Below are positions 1 through 9,644 of a stretch of DNA of 64,000 bases, piece by piece. The translations under genes were made by a program, and so were the position numbers. The DNA lies in NCBI GenBank assembly GCA_037127815.1, contig JBAXXP010000003.1, forward strand, positions 24,096 to 88,095. The letters are read 5' to 3'. Each line of letters opens with the position of its first letter. Positions within the stretch are counted from its first letter, which is position 1. The notes under the pieces are model-generated. The model ran no database searches. It saw nothing but the letters and a program-made list of their open reading frames with translations, and was not told the DNA's origin. This DNA is from a bacterium. GTDB lineage: Bacteria; Patescibacteriota; Minisyncoccia; Phycocordibacterales; CAIZLB01.

Positions 1-459
1 AATTTTGTTTGGGTATTGCCATTTCAAAAAGAATTTAGAGAATAATTCATCGTCATCTATTTCATCATTTAGCCATTTCTTTGCAAGCTCTGTAATCACC
101 ACAGAACCCTTTGACTGCAAAGCTACACAAAGACCAAATCTATTTAATATACCAGCGGCGGTTCTACCCCGACCTGACCCATCTACACTTTTGCCTCGAT
201 ATTTTTGTAATATATTTTCCACAATATGATCTTCGAGATCATCCGCTGAATCTTCTGAATACACAGCATTAATAAGAGATTCTTCTTGCAGAGTACTTTT
301 AGTTGGTTTATAGAGACGCTTTTTAATTTGTAACCCAAAAAACTTTTCTTGACCATGAATATCAAAAACCTCACCTTCCAGTTCACTTAGTGCTCTGAGC
401 ATATTTTCCATTCTTTCAGGATTCCTTATTGTCGTGTTAAAACTCCATGTTTTTGCCAT
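1..459 (-). CDS. AlwI/BstNBI-family type IIS restriction or nicking endonuclease, N-terminal part (runs off window)
   Basis: Not in ORF track because it is open at the edge. Manual translation from ATG at 459: MAKTWSFNTTIRNPERM...GRGRTAAGILNRFG...FFLKWQYPNKI. The W-S-F-x-T-T-x-R-N-P-E-R start and KWQYPN resemble AlwI-family endonucleases. Directly downstream of a double adenine methylase. Confidence 0.75.
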   Translation of the reverse strand, partial: MAKTWSFNTTIRNPERMENMLRALSELEGEVFDIHGQEKFFGLQIKKRLYKPTKSTLQEESLINAVYSEDSADDLEDHIVENILQKYRGKSVDGSGRGRTAAGILNRFGLCVALQSKGSVVITELAKKWLNDEIDDDELFSKFFLKWQYPNKI

Positions 460-485
460 ATTAACTGATATTATACATTATTTAG

Positions 486-2483
486 CTATTTATAGTTAGT
501 GATTAAAACCTCTTCAGTCAGGCTTTTACATGCTTTTGATTGGTAATTTGAGTTATTATAATTATGCCTGATTTTATTAACGATAAAACCATTTTTATTT
601 ACAAACTCTATGAGGCTACTATTTACCTTACCTTTATGCTTAATAACATTTGAAAGAGCAAATTTTATTCCACTTTTATGTAAAATTAATAATGTTTTGT
701 AAAGAGACACTTCATCATCATTCGACCACCCCCCAGATTCATTATAAGATGCAAGGCCCAATAAGTACGGAGGATCCAGATAAACAAAGTCATTCTTTTT
801 AAAATACATACTATTTAGATCTCTAAAGTCACCCACTTTAAAATCAATATTTTTATGATTTGTTATAGCATTAAAGTTTGCTAAATTTCTTCGAGAATTT
901 CCATTATAATCTCTCTTTCCTACAGGTAAATTAAAATAACCAGTCGAGTTAAATCTTATTTGATTATTAAAACCATACAAAATTAAAGCCAAAAGCATTG
1001 GATTTTTTTCTTTTATTTTACCCGAATTATATTCCTCTCTAAGTAATAAAAATGGTTTTTTGTTAAAATTCCCAAGTCCAGTAGAACTCTCACTCAAGTA
1101 ATGTTCATAACCATTGACATGGCTATGACTCAAACCATAATTTTTAATTATTTTGATAAGATTTTGATTAAGTTCTTCAAAATTCGTCGTTTTAATGAAT
1201 CGAAGCAAGTCAACAACTCTGGAATTTTTGTCTATACAAACTATCTTATTAGCCACTGCATTTATACCCACATTTGCACCACCACAAAATACGTCATAGA
1301 AAGTGTCAATTTCTTTAGGAAAATATTTAGTTATTTGTGGTAAAAGCTTGTGCTTACCTCCAGTATAATTAAGTGGAGATTTTATATAGGTAGGTAAATG
1401 TGTGTTATCCTCAGAAAACAACCTTGCGGTCTTAGAACATTTTTTCTTTGTTACCCTGCAAAAAAATATGCGCTCCTTTAAATCAGTCTTATTGGAACGC
1501 CCCGTTGTAAATTGATTAAAATCACGTTCATAAATCTTAACGCTACCCCGTCTTTCCAATGCCGATATTATCTCATGATCACTTATACGTGATTGAGATC
1601 TAGAATTACCATTGGTTCCCATATCGTTATAGGAAACCAGAATATAGCTAGCATCTATGTTTTCTATTAAATCACTGAAGGAATTTCCCGCCGATTTTAG
1701 ACTATAGTTGCTCTTAATATTTGATCTGTCCATTTTTTTTGCCACTCCATAGACCTTTTCTTTTTTCCACATAGCTATATTTTCTAATAGATGATAAGCA
1801 TCTGAATACTGTCTAGAATTATATGGAGGATCTATATATACTACATCTGAATATATCGTTTTTACTAGCTCATTTGCATCTTGTTTGTATATTTTAGCTT
1901 TATATTTATTTTCTTGAATATTTAGAGGCCTTAATTCTAAAATCATTCTAGGAATCTCTATCTTTCTATATGCATCATAATGTCCAACAGTATTAGCTAT
2001 ACGATCCAAAGCATAAATTAGAGAGGTAATAAGGTAAGCCCTTTCCCTAATGTTAATTTTATTTTCAACATAAAGATTCTCAATATCTTCCCGTATATGT
2101 CCAATAATCTTTGAATTTATTGAGTCAAAGTAGGTATTTGAAAAATTTTTTGAAAAATAATTATGTGGTATATTGCCAAACTTCAGATTATTATAATCAA
2201 CCAACTTATTCACCAAAAACTTAAGACGAATTTTTTCTTTACCAAAGAAAGCTACATAACTCTGATAATTTGATTCTAGTATATCATTAATAAAAACATC
2301 AGATTTCTTATTAAAATAGCTTGCAACGACACCAGTTCCACCAAAAATATCAGCAAATGAGGAATATTTTGCCTTCTCTTTTATTAAAATATCATTTATA
2401 AAGCTTAATAACTTTGTCTTACTGCCAAGATATCGACGTTGAGATATTGAGGTTAATTTATTTCCAAAACATGCATCTAACAT
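486..2483 (-). CDS. Fused double Dam/D12-class N6-adenine DNA methyltransferase (type IIS RM modification enzyme)
   Basis: Two complete MTase halves: YLGSK...DIFGGTG...YIDPPY and YTGGK...DVFCGGA...YLDPPY. Confidence 0.9.
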   Translation of the reverse strand: MLDACFGNKLTSISQRRYLGSKTKLLSFINDILIKEKAKYSSFADIFGGTGVVASYFNKKSDVFINDILESNYQSYVAFFGKEKIRLKFLVNKLVDYNNLKFGNIPHNYFSKNFSNTYFDSINSKIIGHIREDIENLYVENKINIRERAYLITSLIYALDRIANTVGHYDAYRKIEIPRMILELRPLNIQENKYKAKIYKQDANELVKTIYSDVVYIDPPYNSRQYSDAYHLLENIAMWKKEKVYGVAKKMDRSNIKSNYSLKSAGNSFSDLIENIDASYILVSYNDMGTNGNSRSQSRISDHEIISALERRGSVKIYERDFNQFTTGRSNKTDLKERIFFCRVTKKKCSKTARLFSEDNTHLPTYIKSPLNYTGGKHKLLPQITKYFPKEIDTFYDVFCGGANVGINAVANKIVCIDKNSRVVDLLRFIKTTNFEELNQNLIKIIKNYGLSHSHVNGYEHYLSESSTGLGNFNKKPFLLLREEYNSGKIKEKNPMLLALILYGFNNQIRFNSTGYFNLPVGKRDYNGNSRRNLANFNAITNHKNIDFKVGDFRDLNSMYFKKNDFVYLDPPYLLGLASYNESGGWSNDDEVSLYKTLLILHKSGIKFALSNVIKHKGKVNSSLIEFVNKNGFIVNKIRHNYNNSNYQSKACKSLTEEVLITNYK

Positions 2484-2605
2484 ATGTACTCATTATAGAG
2501 TTAAGACTATTTTTTGTAAACAGACTAATCCACATTTTGCAGTTTTAATTGATATTCTTAATAGAAAATAGAAATCTAATTTACTAAACCTACAAGTTAA
2601 TCTCA

Positions 2606-2637
2606 CTAGACTTGTATGACCTTCTACGTCATTAATG
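2606..2637 (+). promoter_or_regulatory. Conserved recombinase-upstream motif CTAGACT-N14-CGTCATTAATG (copy 1)
   Basis: Same two blocks with identical 14-nt spacing at 18994-19025 upstream of the second recombinase. Confidence 0.6.
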
Positions 2638-2643
2638 ATATAT

Positions 2644-3972
2644 ATGGAAACAAAAGATCAACGCCAAATTAGCCCTGATTTGAGACAAACCTTATCAAGC
2701 CCTGTAAGGGTGAAATATTGCCTTTATGCGAGGAAATCGACGGAATCTGAGGAAAGACAGATCTTATCAATAGAATCGCAAGTAAATGAGATGTTACAGA
2801 TAGCTGAGAGAGAAGGATTAGAAGTTGTGGACATTAGACGTGAATCGCACTCCGCAAAGGATTCTGGGCAAAGACCTGTTTTTAAGGAGATACTTACAGA
2901 TATCAGAAGTGGAAGATATTCAGGAATACTAACATGGGCACCCGATAGATTATCGAGAAATGCTGGAGACCTCGGAAGTCTTGTGGATCTTATAGATCAA
3001 AAATCACTTATTGAGATAAAAACCTACGGACAAGTATTCAGCAACTCCCCGAGTGATAAATTTCTACTAATGATTTTATGTTCACAAGCTAAGCTTGAAA
3101 ATGACAACAAGAGTGTAAACGTTAAAAGAGGACTGCGAACAAGATGTGAAATGGGATTATGGCCTGCCCCTGCCCCAACTGGATATTTGAATGAAAAAAG
3201 AATAGATAGAAAAGGATACGTAATGGTTGATACAGAACGTGCGCCTGTTATTAAGAAGATGTTTGAAAAGGTGGCGTATGAAAAATGGAGCGGAAGAAAA
3301 ATATACCATTAGCTTAAATTTGAAATGAATTTCAGAAGTTCAACGAGCAATAAGCCCTTAACTTTGAGCAATATATACAAACTTCTCCAAACACCATTTT
3401 ATTATGGAAAATTTGAATATCCTGTCAAAAGTGGTAATTGGTATATGGGAAAGCACGAACCTTTGATAAACATAGAACTCTTTGAAAAAGTCCGTGAGCA
3501 ACTTAAGAGATCTGAAATAACACACGAGAGAAAAGACTATGCGTTTTCTAGACTTATGACATGTGGGTTATGTGGATCAGGAATATGTGCTGAAGATAAG
3601 TATAAGAAACTCAAGAATGGTGGTACGGCACATTACATATACTATGGATGTAATAGATCAAAGAATTTGGATTGTAAATGTGGATATATAAGAGAGGAAG
3701 AGTTGATAAAGCAATTGGTTGAAATGATAGACAAGATAGAGGTTGATCAGAAGTTTATCAAAGGCAAATTTGAACAAGAACGAGAACGTATGGTTACGTT
3801 CCAAAAACAATTTTACGGAGTCAAACAATCAAAGCTTGAGATTGAATTTGATTCAAAGAAGTATACTGAGCATGTTTTGACAGAAGGGACAGTTGAGGAG
3901 AAAAGAGAGATGTTGGCAAATCTTAAGGGTAAAGTTATTATGAAAAATAAGGAAATAATTATTACGCAGTAG
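2644..3972 (+). pseudogene. Large serine recombinase interrupted by an in-frame TAG at 3310-3312
   Basis: YARKS catalytic motif, DRLSRN, recombinase domain and CGLCG/C..C zinc ribbon. ORFs 2635-3312 and 3325-3972 are in the same frame. CAT TAG CTT aligns to K-W-L in the paralog at 19034 (TGG>TAG). Confidence 0.85.
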
Positions 3973-5472
3973 ATGCAGATGGTTTATTATCATTACGCGC
4001 ATCAATAAGTACAATATTTTCACCTTCTGATATATCTAATTCTTTAAAAATTTTGCGTACACGAATCAACTCTGATTCAGACATGTATACAATAACAAAA
4101 AATCCTTTCTGTGTCTGATTAGCCTCTTTATAAATTTCAAGTTGTTTTTGAAGATTATTCTTTAGATGTTTATTTTTTGCTAATTTAAATTCTACAAGAG
4201 ATGAATCCTTGTTTCCTCTGGAAATCTTATAATCAACAGGACCTCTCCCGTTGTTGACCTCACTATCAACACTTGATTGACTACCACACCAAACAAGACG
4301 AAACATAACTTGAATATCGCTTTCTTTAGCAACGACAGAACCACTTCTTGTATAAAAAATACGATACCCATCATTTTTTTCGATTGAATCCTTTAGGTAT
4401 TTGATACGAGCCATTGCTTCTTCATACGTTGAACCTGTAGAAGCATAAAAGTCAGTCTCATCAGCAAGTTTATAGCTAAAGTTTTTTGCAATATCAAGGA
4501 ATAGAGTTTCCGATAATTCTACTTTTACCGAACTAGCATTAACAGCGTCTTCACCTCTCTCTTCTTTTCTTTTAATGTAGTAGTCTATGGCTTCAGGGAA
4601 TTTCTTCAAAGTTTCATAGACAGCTTTGTGTACGTCTTTCTGGGAAGCAGGTTTTTCTTTACCTTTTTTTGTCTTTTCCCTATGAGGAAGTTGGCTACGA
4701 AAATAGTTGTCTAGCTGTGCGCGAAGTTGTTCATTTGAATTGCATAAGGAATATCTTCAAAGTGATCAAAAAGGTCTGTCTTATTAATCCATATATCATC
4801 TTTGGTCAAAATATCCCGAGGAGTCAAAATGATATAATCACCATCAATATAAGGAAGTAAATATTTACGATCCTCCCACACTTCTGTTGTGTAATTAAAT
4901 TTAACCTTACGGACAGTGATTTCTCTTAATTTTTCTTTATTAATATTTTCAACAGCAAAATCTTGAGTATAATTTAAAAGATAATATTTTATTAGATTGG
5001 TTGTAAAATCACTAATACTATCGCGACCGACCCCTTCTTTGATTAAACACAGCTTTTCTAAGTGACTACTTGTTGTTACCACTTCTTTTCCGAAATCTCT
5101 AAATATATTTTCTAAATTTCCATTGAGAGCGGAGGCGAATTTATTGCCTAAACCACGACCTCCGTTTCCATTATTAGTAAATCCAAACCAATTTTGTTTT
5201 ACTTCAGGAAAACGGTACCAAGCACTTAATAGTCCAGGATTAATTGAACTTGATGATTTGTTTTTAAGAAAACGGAGGTACTCAATTATTTCCTCGTGAA
5301 GTTCTTGATACTCTGTTTTTTTACTATGAAACAAGAGAAATGGATCTATGAACAGTGGTAAATCAGCAACGAGTGAAATATTAAAAGCTCCATATTGCTT
5401 AATCACCTCTTCTGAAACATCAAAATAATCTGAAAAGTATAATTTTATTTTGAGTTTCTGTTTTTTTTCCAT
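3962..5472 (-). pseudogene. ~500 aa hypothetical protein with C-terminal PD-(D/E)XK-like nuclease motif, 1-bp frameshift near 4737
   Basis: ORFs 4711-5490 and 3962-4609 join if one base is restored at ~4737 (AI-x-NEQLRAQLDNYF..., open through to 4609). C-terminal EVNNGRGPVD...VEFK motif. Confidence 0.7.
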
Positions 5473-5534
5473 GTGTAATACGGGGCTCAACGCTCTGTGG
5501 TCTTGCCTCGATACTGCGCTGACTCGTGCTGACT

Positions 5535-5782
5535 GTCACGGTCTTGAACCTACGTGGTGAGACCCCACAACACACTTAGCAAACCCTTCTACTCTCTATA
5601 TGAGGCGTCTCGGTCTCTAGGCTGTTTTAATGAGTAAGGTAAACAGAGCATATTTCACCCGTCTCGGTCACTGTCTCATTTTGATATATGGACTACCTCC
5701 CTCAGTATTATTATATACGGCTATTTATCAAAAAAGAGACAAATGAGACACTATAAAGGAGATATCCGTCGGTGTCTCATTT
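5535..5782. repeat. Intergenic cluster of GAGAC/GTCTC motifs with direct and inverted repeats
   Basis: CGTCTCGGTC at 5606-5615 and 5660-5669; GTCACGGTC at 5535-5543; 11-bp inverted repeat AAATGAGACAC (5741-5751) / GTGTCTCATTT (5772-5782). Confidence 0.6.
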
Positions 5783-5804
5783 ATAAGCCAATCAAAGCAT
5801 ATAT

Positions 5805-6449
5805 ATGGCAGTATCAGATAAATTAGTAGAAGAAATTAAACAATTAGCAAAGGAGAAAGGTGAAGAAATGGATGACGCAAAAGCTCGTGAAGGTGCTGAG
5901 AATTTAGTGGGTTTCTTTGATATTTTATGGAAACTTGCAAAAGAAGATTCAAAGAAAAAGAAAAGATTAAAAACAGAACCAGATGGATTCCCTGTAGATG
6001 GGACATACACCTGTCTTGTCTGTGGTAATAGAATAGATGAAACAAACGGATGGTATGACTGGTATGGTCACACCTGCCTTATTTGTCGTAAGGCAGTTAA
6101 AGATAAAACTATACCAACGTTCATCTTTCAACACAGGAATAGTTATTTTTCCATTTCGAGTTTAAATTACACTTTTAATATTAAACATCAGACCGCTAAG
6201 AAGTATATAAAGGAAGGTAAATTAATTCCAAGGATTATTTTAAATGACGACGGGACACCGCATGACTATATATTTCTTAAAAAAGAAAATCCTCAACTAA
6301 TTGAGAAATATTCTCCAGAGAGAAAATCATATGACAGACACAGATCTAAAGTTTCTGACGCTTGGTCTAGAAAAGCAAAAGCTGAAATGAAAGAAGAATT
6401 TAAAAAACATCAAGAAAGGATAAAAAAGATTACAGAAAAATATCGCTAA
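5805..6449 (+). CDS. Hypothetical protein with CxxC...CxxC zinc finger and possible HTH-like segment
   Basis: CLVC...CLIC motif, followed by an excisionase-like HQTAKKYIKEGKLIPR segment. Confidence 0.6.
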   Translation: MAVSDKLVEEIKQLAKEKGEEMDDAKAREGAENLVGFFDILWKLAKEDSKKKKRLKTEPDGFPVDGTYTCLVCGNRIDETNGWYDWYGHTCLICRKAVKDKTIPTFIFQHRNSYFSISSLNYTFNIKHQTAKKYIKEGKLIPRIILNDDGTPHDYIFLKKENPQLIEKYSPERKSYDRHRSKVSDAWSRKAKAEMKEEFKKHQERIKKITEKYR

Positions 6450-7501
6450 TATTTCTCACCTACATTTGGTATAACGGTCTTGCCATCCCAGCCATCAGGA
6501 TCATCAACGGTTTGATCCTTATACATAAGCCTGCCTTTAGCCCATAAAGGTGCGGATATTTTGAAATGCTCTTTTTTGGTAGCCGTATTTGTTATTGGAT
6601 AGTCCACATACTTTAATTTATGCACAGAGTCTCTAACTGATGAAATATTCAATTTATAGTCCCTATCAAACATGCGGTACAGGTCATTGCCTTGTATGTC
6701 AGGTAAATCATCTCGTATTTTCTCAACGTCTTTGATTGAATATCTTTGTGGCCACAATATTCTGTTTTTATTATCAAGTAATGGATATGCATAGTACTTA
6801 CCACGAAGCTTGTTCTTTACCATGAGTTTTTTCAATCGAATCATAAGTGAATCATAATTCAATAAATTTCCAAGTACTACAATGTTCGTATTTTCATCTC
6901 CAATCGACATAATCTCATTTAAAAACCACTCATAGAGCATATTTCTTTTATTCTTGTCTTGAACCGAAACAATATCCTCCATATCGTCACAGATAATCAA
7001 ATCAGGTCTTTTGTTTTTATACTTTAATCCTCTAATGTTTTGAAGTGAACTAATACACATGATTTTTGCACCATATAGAGGTAATTCAATAGAGTATGCA
7101 CCCCACTCTGTTGTACTTGATTTGAATGGACCAAGATCCTGCTTGAGTAATTCATTATCTTCAAGCTCAGATTTTATATTTTGAAAATGTGCTTGAGATT
7201 GAAGTTTACTTTGACTAACTATTAGTACATTTTTCTTTTGGTGTTTTCCAAGAATCGCCCACATCACATTTGAAAGATTAAGAATTGTGGATTTACCAGA
7301 TCCACGAAACGACATCACAACATTTAATTTTTCATCATATTTTTCAGTCATACGAAACATCTCTTTATGAAAGAACGCATACGGATAGTTTATGTGGTGC
7401 GCAAGATAGATACTACAAAATGCCTCATGTGATTCTTTCACAAGTTTTCTTCTGACGTTACTATCAGAAATTATATTTTGCAGTATCTTTTCTTTATCCA
7501 T
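6446..7501 (-). CDS. Terminase large subunit-like ATPase domain (no obvious nuclease domain)
   Basis: FRGSGKST Walker A, IRG...RPDLIICDDMED Walker B, VVLGN, LWP. Only 351 aa. Confidence 0.75.
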   Translation of the reverse strand: MDKEKILQNIISDSNVRRKLVKESHEAFCSIYLAHHINYPYAFFHKEMFRMTEKYDEKLNVVMSFRGSGKSTILNLSNVMWAILGKHQKKNVLIVSQSKLQSQAHFQNIKSELEDNELLKQDLGPFKSSTTEWGAYSIELPLYGAKIMCISSLQNIRGLKYKNKRPDLIICDDMEDIVSVQDKNKRNMLYEWFLNEIMSIGDENTNIVVLGNLLNYDSLMIRLKKLMVKNKLRGKYYAYPLLDNKNRILWPQRYSIKDVEKIRDDLPDIQGNDLYRMFDRDYKLNISSVRDSVHKLKYVDYPITNTATKKEHFKISAPLWAKGRLMYKDQTVDDPDGWDGKTVIPNVGEKY

Positions 7502-7522
7502 ATGTGTTCTTCGAAAAGGCTA

Positions 7523-7909
7523 TTAAGTAAATAAGACTAGAGCACTTTTCAGCGTCTTCTCTTGTTCTTTTGAAAGAGGTATTTCTTTCCTTGGTTTTAG
7601 GAGAGAATGTTCTTTTTCTTTGAGTAAAAATCTTTGATGATTATGACGAAGCCAAAACTGTACGGCTTGAAACTTTTTATCTTTAATGAGACCAATTAGC
7701 TGTGATTCTGTCATGTCATTTATCAATTCAATACCGTCTTCGATAGCTTGTTCTGAATCCCTTAAAAACTCAGGATCTTCATTCCTCCACCTATAGTAGG
7801 TTGCACGAGCTATGTTTGATTTCTTACATGCCACTTCAATAATTGGTATTGATCGAATGTGTCCAAGCAGTCGATCCTTATCCTTTTTTGTCGATTCTTT
7901 TTTAGTCAT
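7523..7909 (-). CDS. Terminase small subunit-like HTH protein
   Basis: ACKKSNIARATYYRWRNEDPEF HTH and AVQFWL motif; immediately upstream of the TerL-like gene. Confidence 0.7.
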   Translation of the reverse strand: MTKKESTKKDKDRLLGHIRSIPIIEVACKKSNIARATYYRWRNEDPEFLRDSEQAIEDGIELINDMTESQLIGLIKDKKFQAVQFWLRHNHQRFLLKEKEHSLLKPRKEIPLSKEQEKTLKSALVLFT

Positions 7910-7911
7910 GG

Positions 7912-9234
7912 CTAGTTAATTTTCTTACGCTTCTTGCCAGTCTCTTTCTCCCAACGATTCATAATTACTTCAGCATAGACATGAGATTTTTCCATGATAA
8001 AGCAACGTCGACCCATCTTCACAGATGCAATTAAAGTACTTCCGCTTCCTCCAAACGGTTCAAGAATTAAATCGTTTCTTTTCGTTAATACTTTAAGGTA
8101 TGGAATAAGTAGCTCTAGTGGTTTTGTGCCAAAGATAATTTCTTGCCCTGATGATTTTTTATCTGCGGCGGTATGAGATATGAAATCAGTTGGACATATC
8201 TTCTTTCCTTTTTCATATGGTTCAAAATGTGGTTTACCTGAAGTGGCAAAGATTGCATTCTCATATTCATTTTGAAACAATCCCTCCTCAGGCTCAAGAT
8301 TGAGATCTACTTCTCCTGAAGTTCCAACAAGTGCAATATCTGTCTTATTGAAAAACTTATTTGAAGCAGAAAAACCTTGCATACGATTAGGAACATGCCA
8401 AGTGATTGTGTTTCTATATTTCCAATGTACTTCGAGTGCATTCCAGATGGTTCTAAGGTTTTTTGGATTCTCAAAGATAATGATTGAGAAGTCAGGTTTT
8501 TGTACCTTTGCAACATTTGCCATCCAAAGATCCGAGAAATTATCAGGCAAGACATCAGTCTCTAAATATCTGCGATTCTTCTTTGATCCAAATCCAACTG
8601 TTGGACCATCCTTACCTCGACCTTTACCTTTTAAATAGTCTAAGATATATGGTGGATCAGTTAGCACCATATCTACCTTGTTATCTCCCATTAGTTTCAA
8701 CATATCGGCTTCTATTGTGGAATCGCCAATCATTAATCTAGAGTCTCCGAGTTCATAGATATCGCCCTTTTTTGCTTCAACTTTAATGTCGAGCTTATCG
8801 AGTTCTTTTTGTAAATCAAATTGCTCTTCATTTTTCTCGATTGGAAATATGTCATCAATGTCTTCTGAGGTAAAACCAACATCAAGAAGAATTGAGCTAT
8901 CAAACTCAGCGAGCATCTCAAGATCAAATTCTCCTTGATTGCGATTAAGTCTGAGGTTAAGTTCAAGCTCTTTTTCAAGAGGTAAATTCACAAATACTAC
9001 TGGCATATTTTTATATCCAAGTTCCTTGCATACATCAACCCTAAAATGACCTCCAACAATTATCATCTTTCTATCTTCGTGATTATTTACAATAATCGGA
9101 TCAACATTACCGAAACGTCTAATACTTTCCTTGAGCTGTTCTTTTTGCTCCTTACTCCACTTGCGTGGATTTTTATCATTTACCTTCAACTCGTCGATTG
9201 AGACGTACTCAATCTTTAAACTTTCTTTATTCAT
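7912..9234 (-). CDS. ParB-like N-terminal domain fused to N4/N6 (beta-class) DNA methyltransferase
   Basis: NPRK...SIRRFGNVDPIIVN...GGHFR ParB domain; TDPPY followed by EPFGGSGST. Confidence 0.85.
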   Translation of the reverse strand: MNKESLKIEYVSIDELKVNDKNPRKWSKEQKEQLKESIRRFGNVDPIIVNNHEDRKMIIVGGHFRVDVCKELGYKNMPVVFVNLPLEKELELNLRLNRNQGEFDLEMLAEFDSSILLDVGFTSEDIDDIFPIEKNEEQFDLQKELDKLDIKVEAKKGDIYELGDSRLMIGDSTIEADMLKLMGDNKVDMVLTDPPYILDYLKGKGRGKDGPTVGFGSKKNRRYLETDVLPDNFSDLWMANVAKVQKPDFSIIIFENPKNLRTIWNALEVHWKYRNTITWHVPNRMQGFSASNKFFNKTDIALVGTSGEVDLNLEPEEGLFQNEYENAIFATSGKPHFEPYEKGKKICPTDFISHTAADKKSSGQEIIFGTKPLELLIPYLKVLTKRNDLILEPFGGSGSTLIASVKMGRRCFIMEKSHVYAEVIMNRWEKETGKKRKKIN

Positions 9235-9272
9235 ATACTTACTAGATAATTAATTTGTAATCTAGAAGCAAC

Positions 9273-9323
9273 AAAAAACCGCCTACAATATCAAAGTAAT
9301 CTTTAATACCAAAGGCGGGTTTT
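9273..9323 (-). terminator. Intrinsic terminator/attenuator in the leader of the ParB-MTase/terminase operon
   Basis: Minus strand AAAACCCGCCT...AGGCGGTTTTTT, ~40 nt upstream of the ATG at 9234. Confidence 0.55.
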
Positions 9324-9644
9324 CATCTATTGTATCGACCTGTGTTAGTAATAGAAAAAGCTTTAACCTTTGGGGTTAAAATTTCTACTACTTACTTGGT
9401 CACCCTCGTCAGTCCACTATCATGAGATAGTTTCTGAAGTATTTTCCAAATAGGTTTATATATAGAACTAGCTAAGGATGCGTAATTATATCCATCTTAG
9501 CCGATACGATATGAGACTGTCTAAGTGCTTCTGCGTCTATTTTAGCACGAAATATGATACAGCAAATGTCTTATTTCTGTTTTTTAGCACACCTTAACTT
9601 TTTCCCTTATTCGATAGGGTTTTTTGAATGTGAAATGTGGATAA

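Noticed and set aside
3310-3312. Alternative genetic code (stop-codon reassignment)
   Set aside because: TAG, TGA and TAA all terminate genes elsewhere in the window, and core genes are uninterrupted in code 11.
6446-9234. Complete prophage
   Set aside because: No portal, capsid, tail or lysis genes in the window.
9400-9436. Hammerhead ribozyme suggested by CTGACGA and GAAA words (also at 10203)
   Set aside because: Could not build stems I-III in the required order around the core; better explained as a leader hairpin or antisense target.
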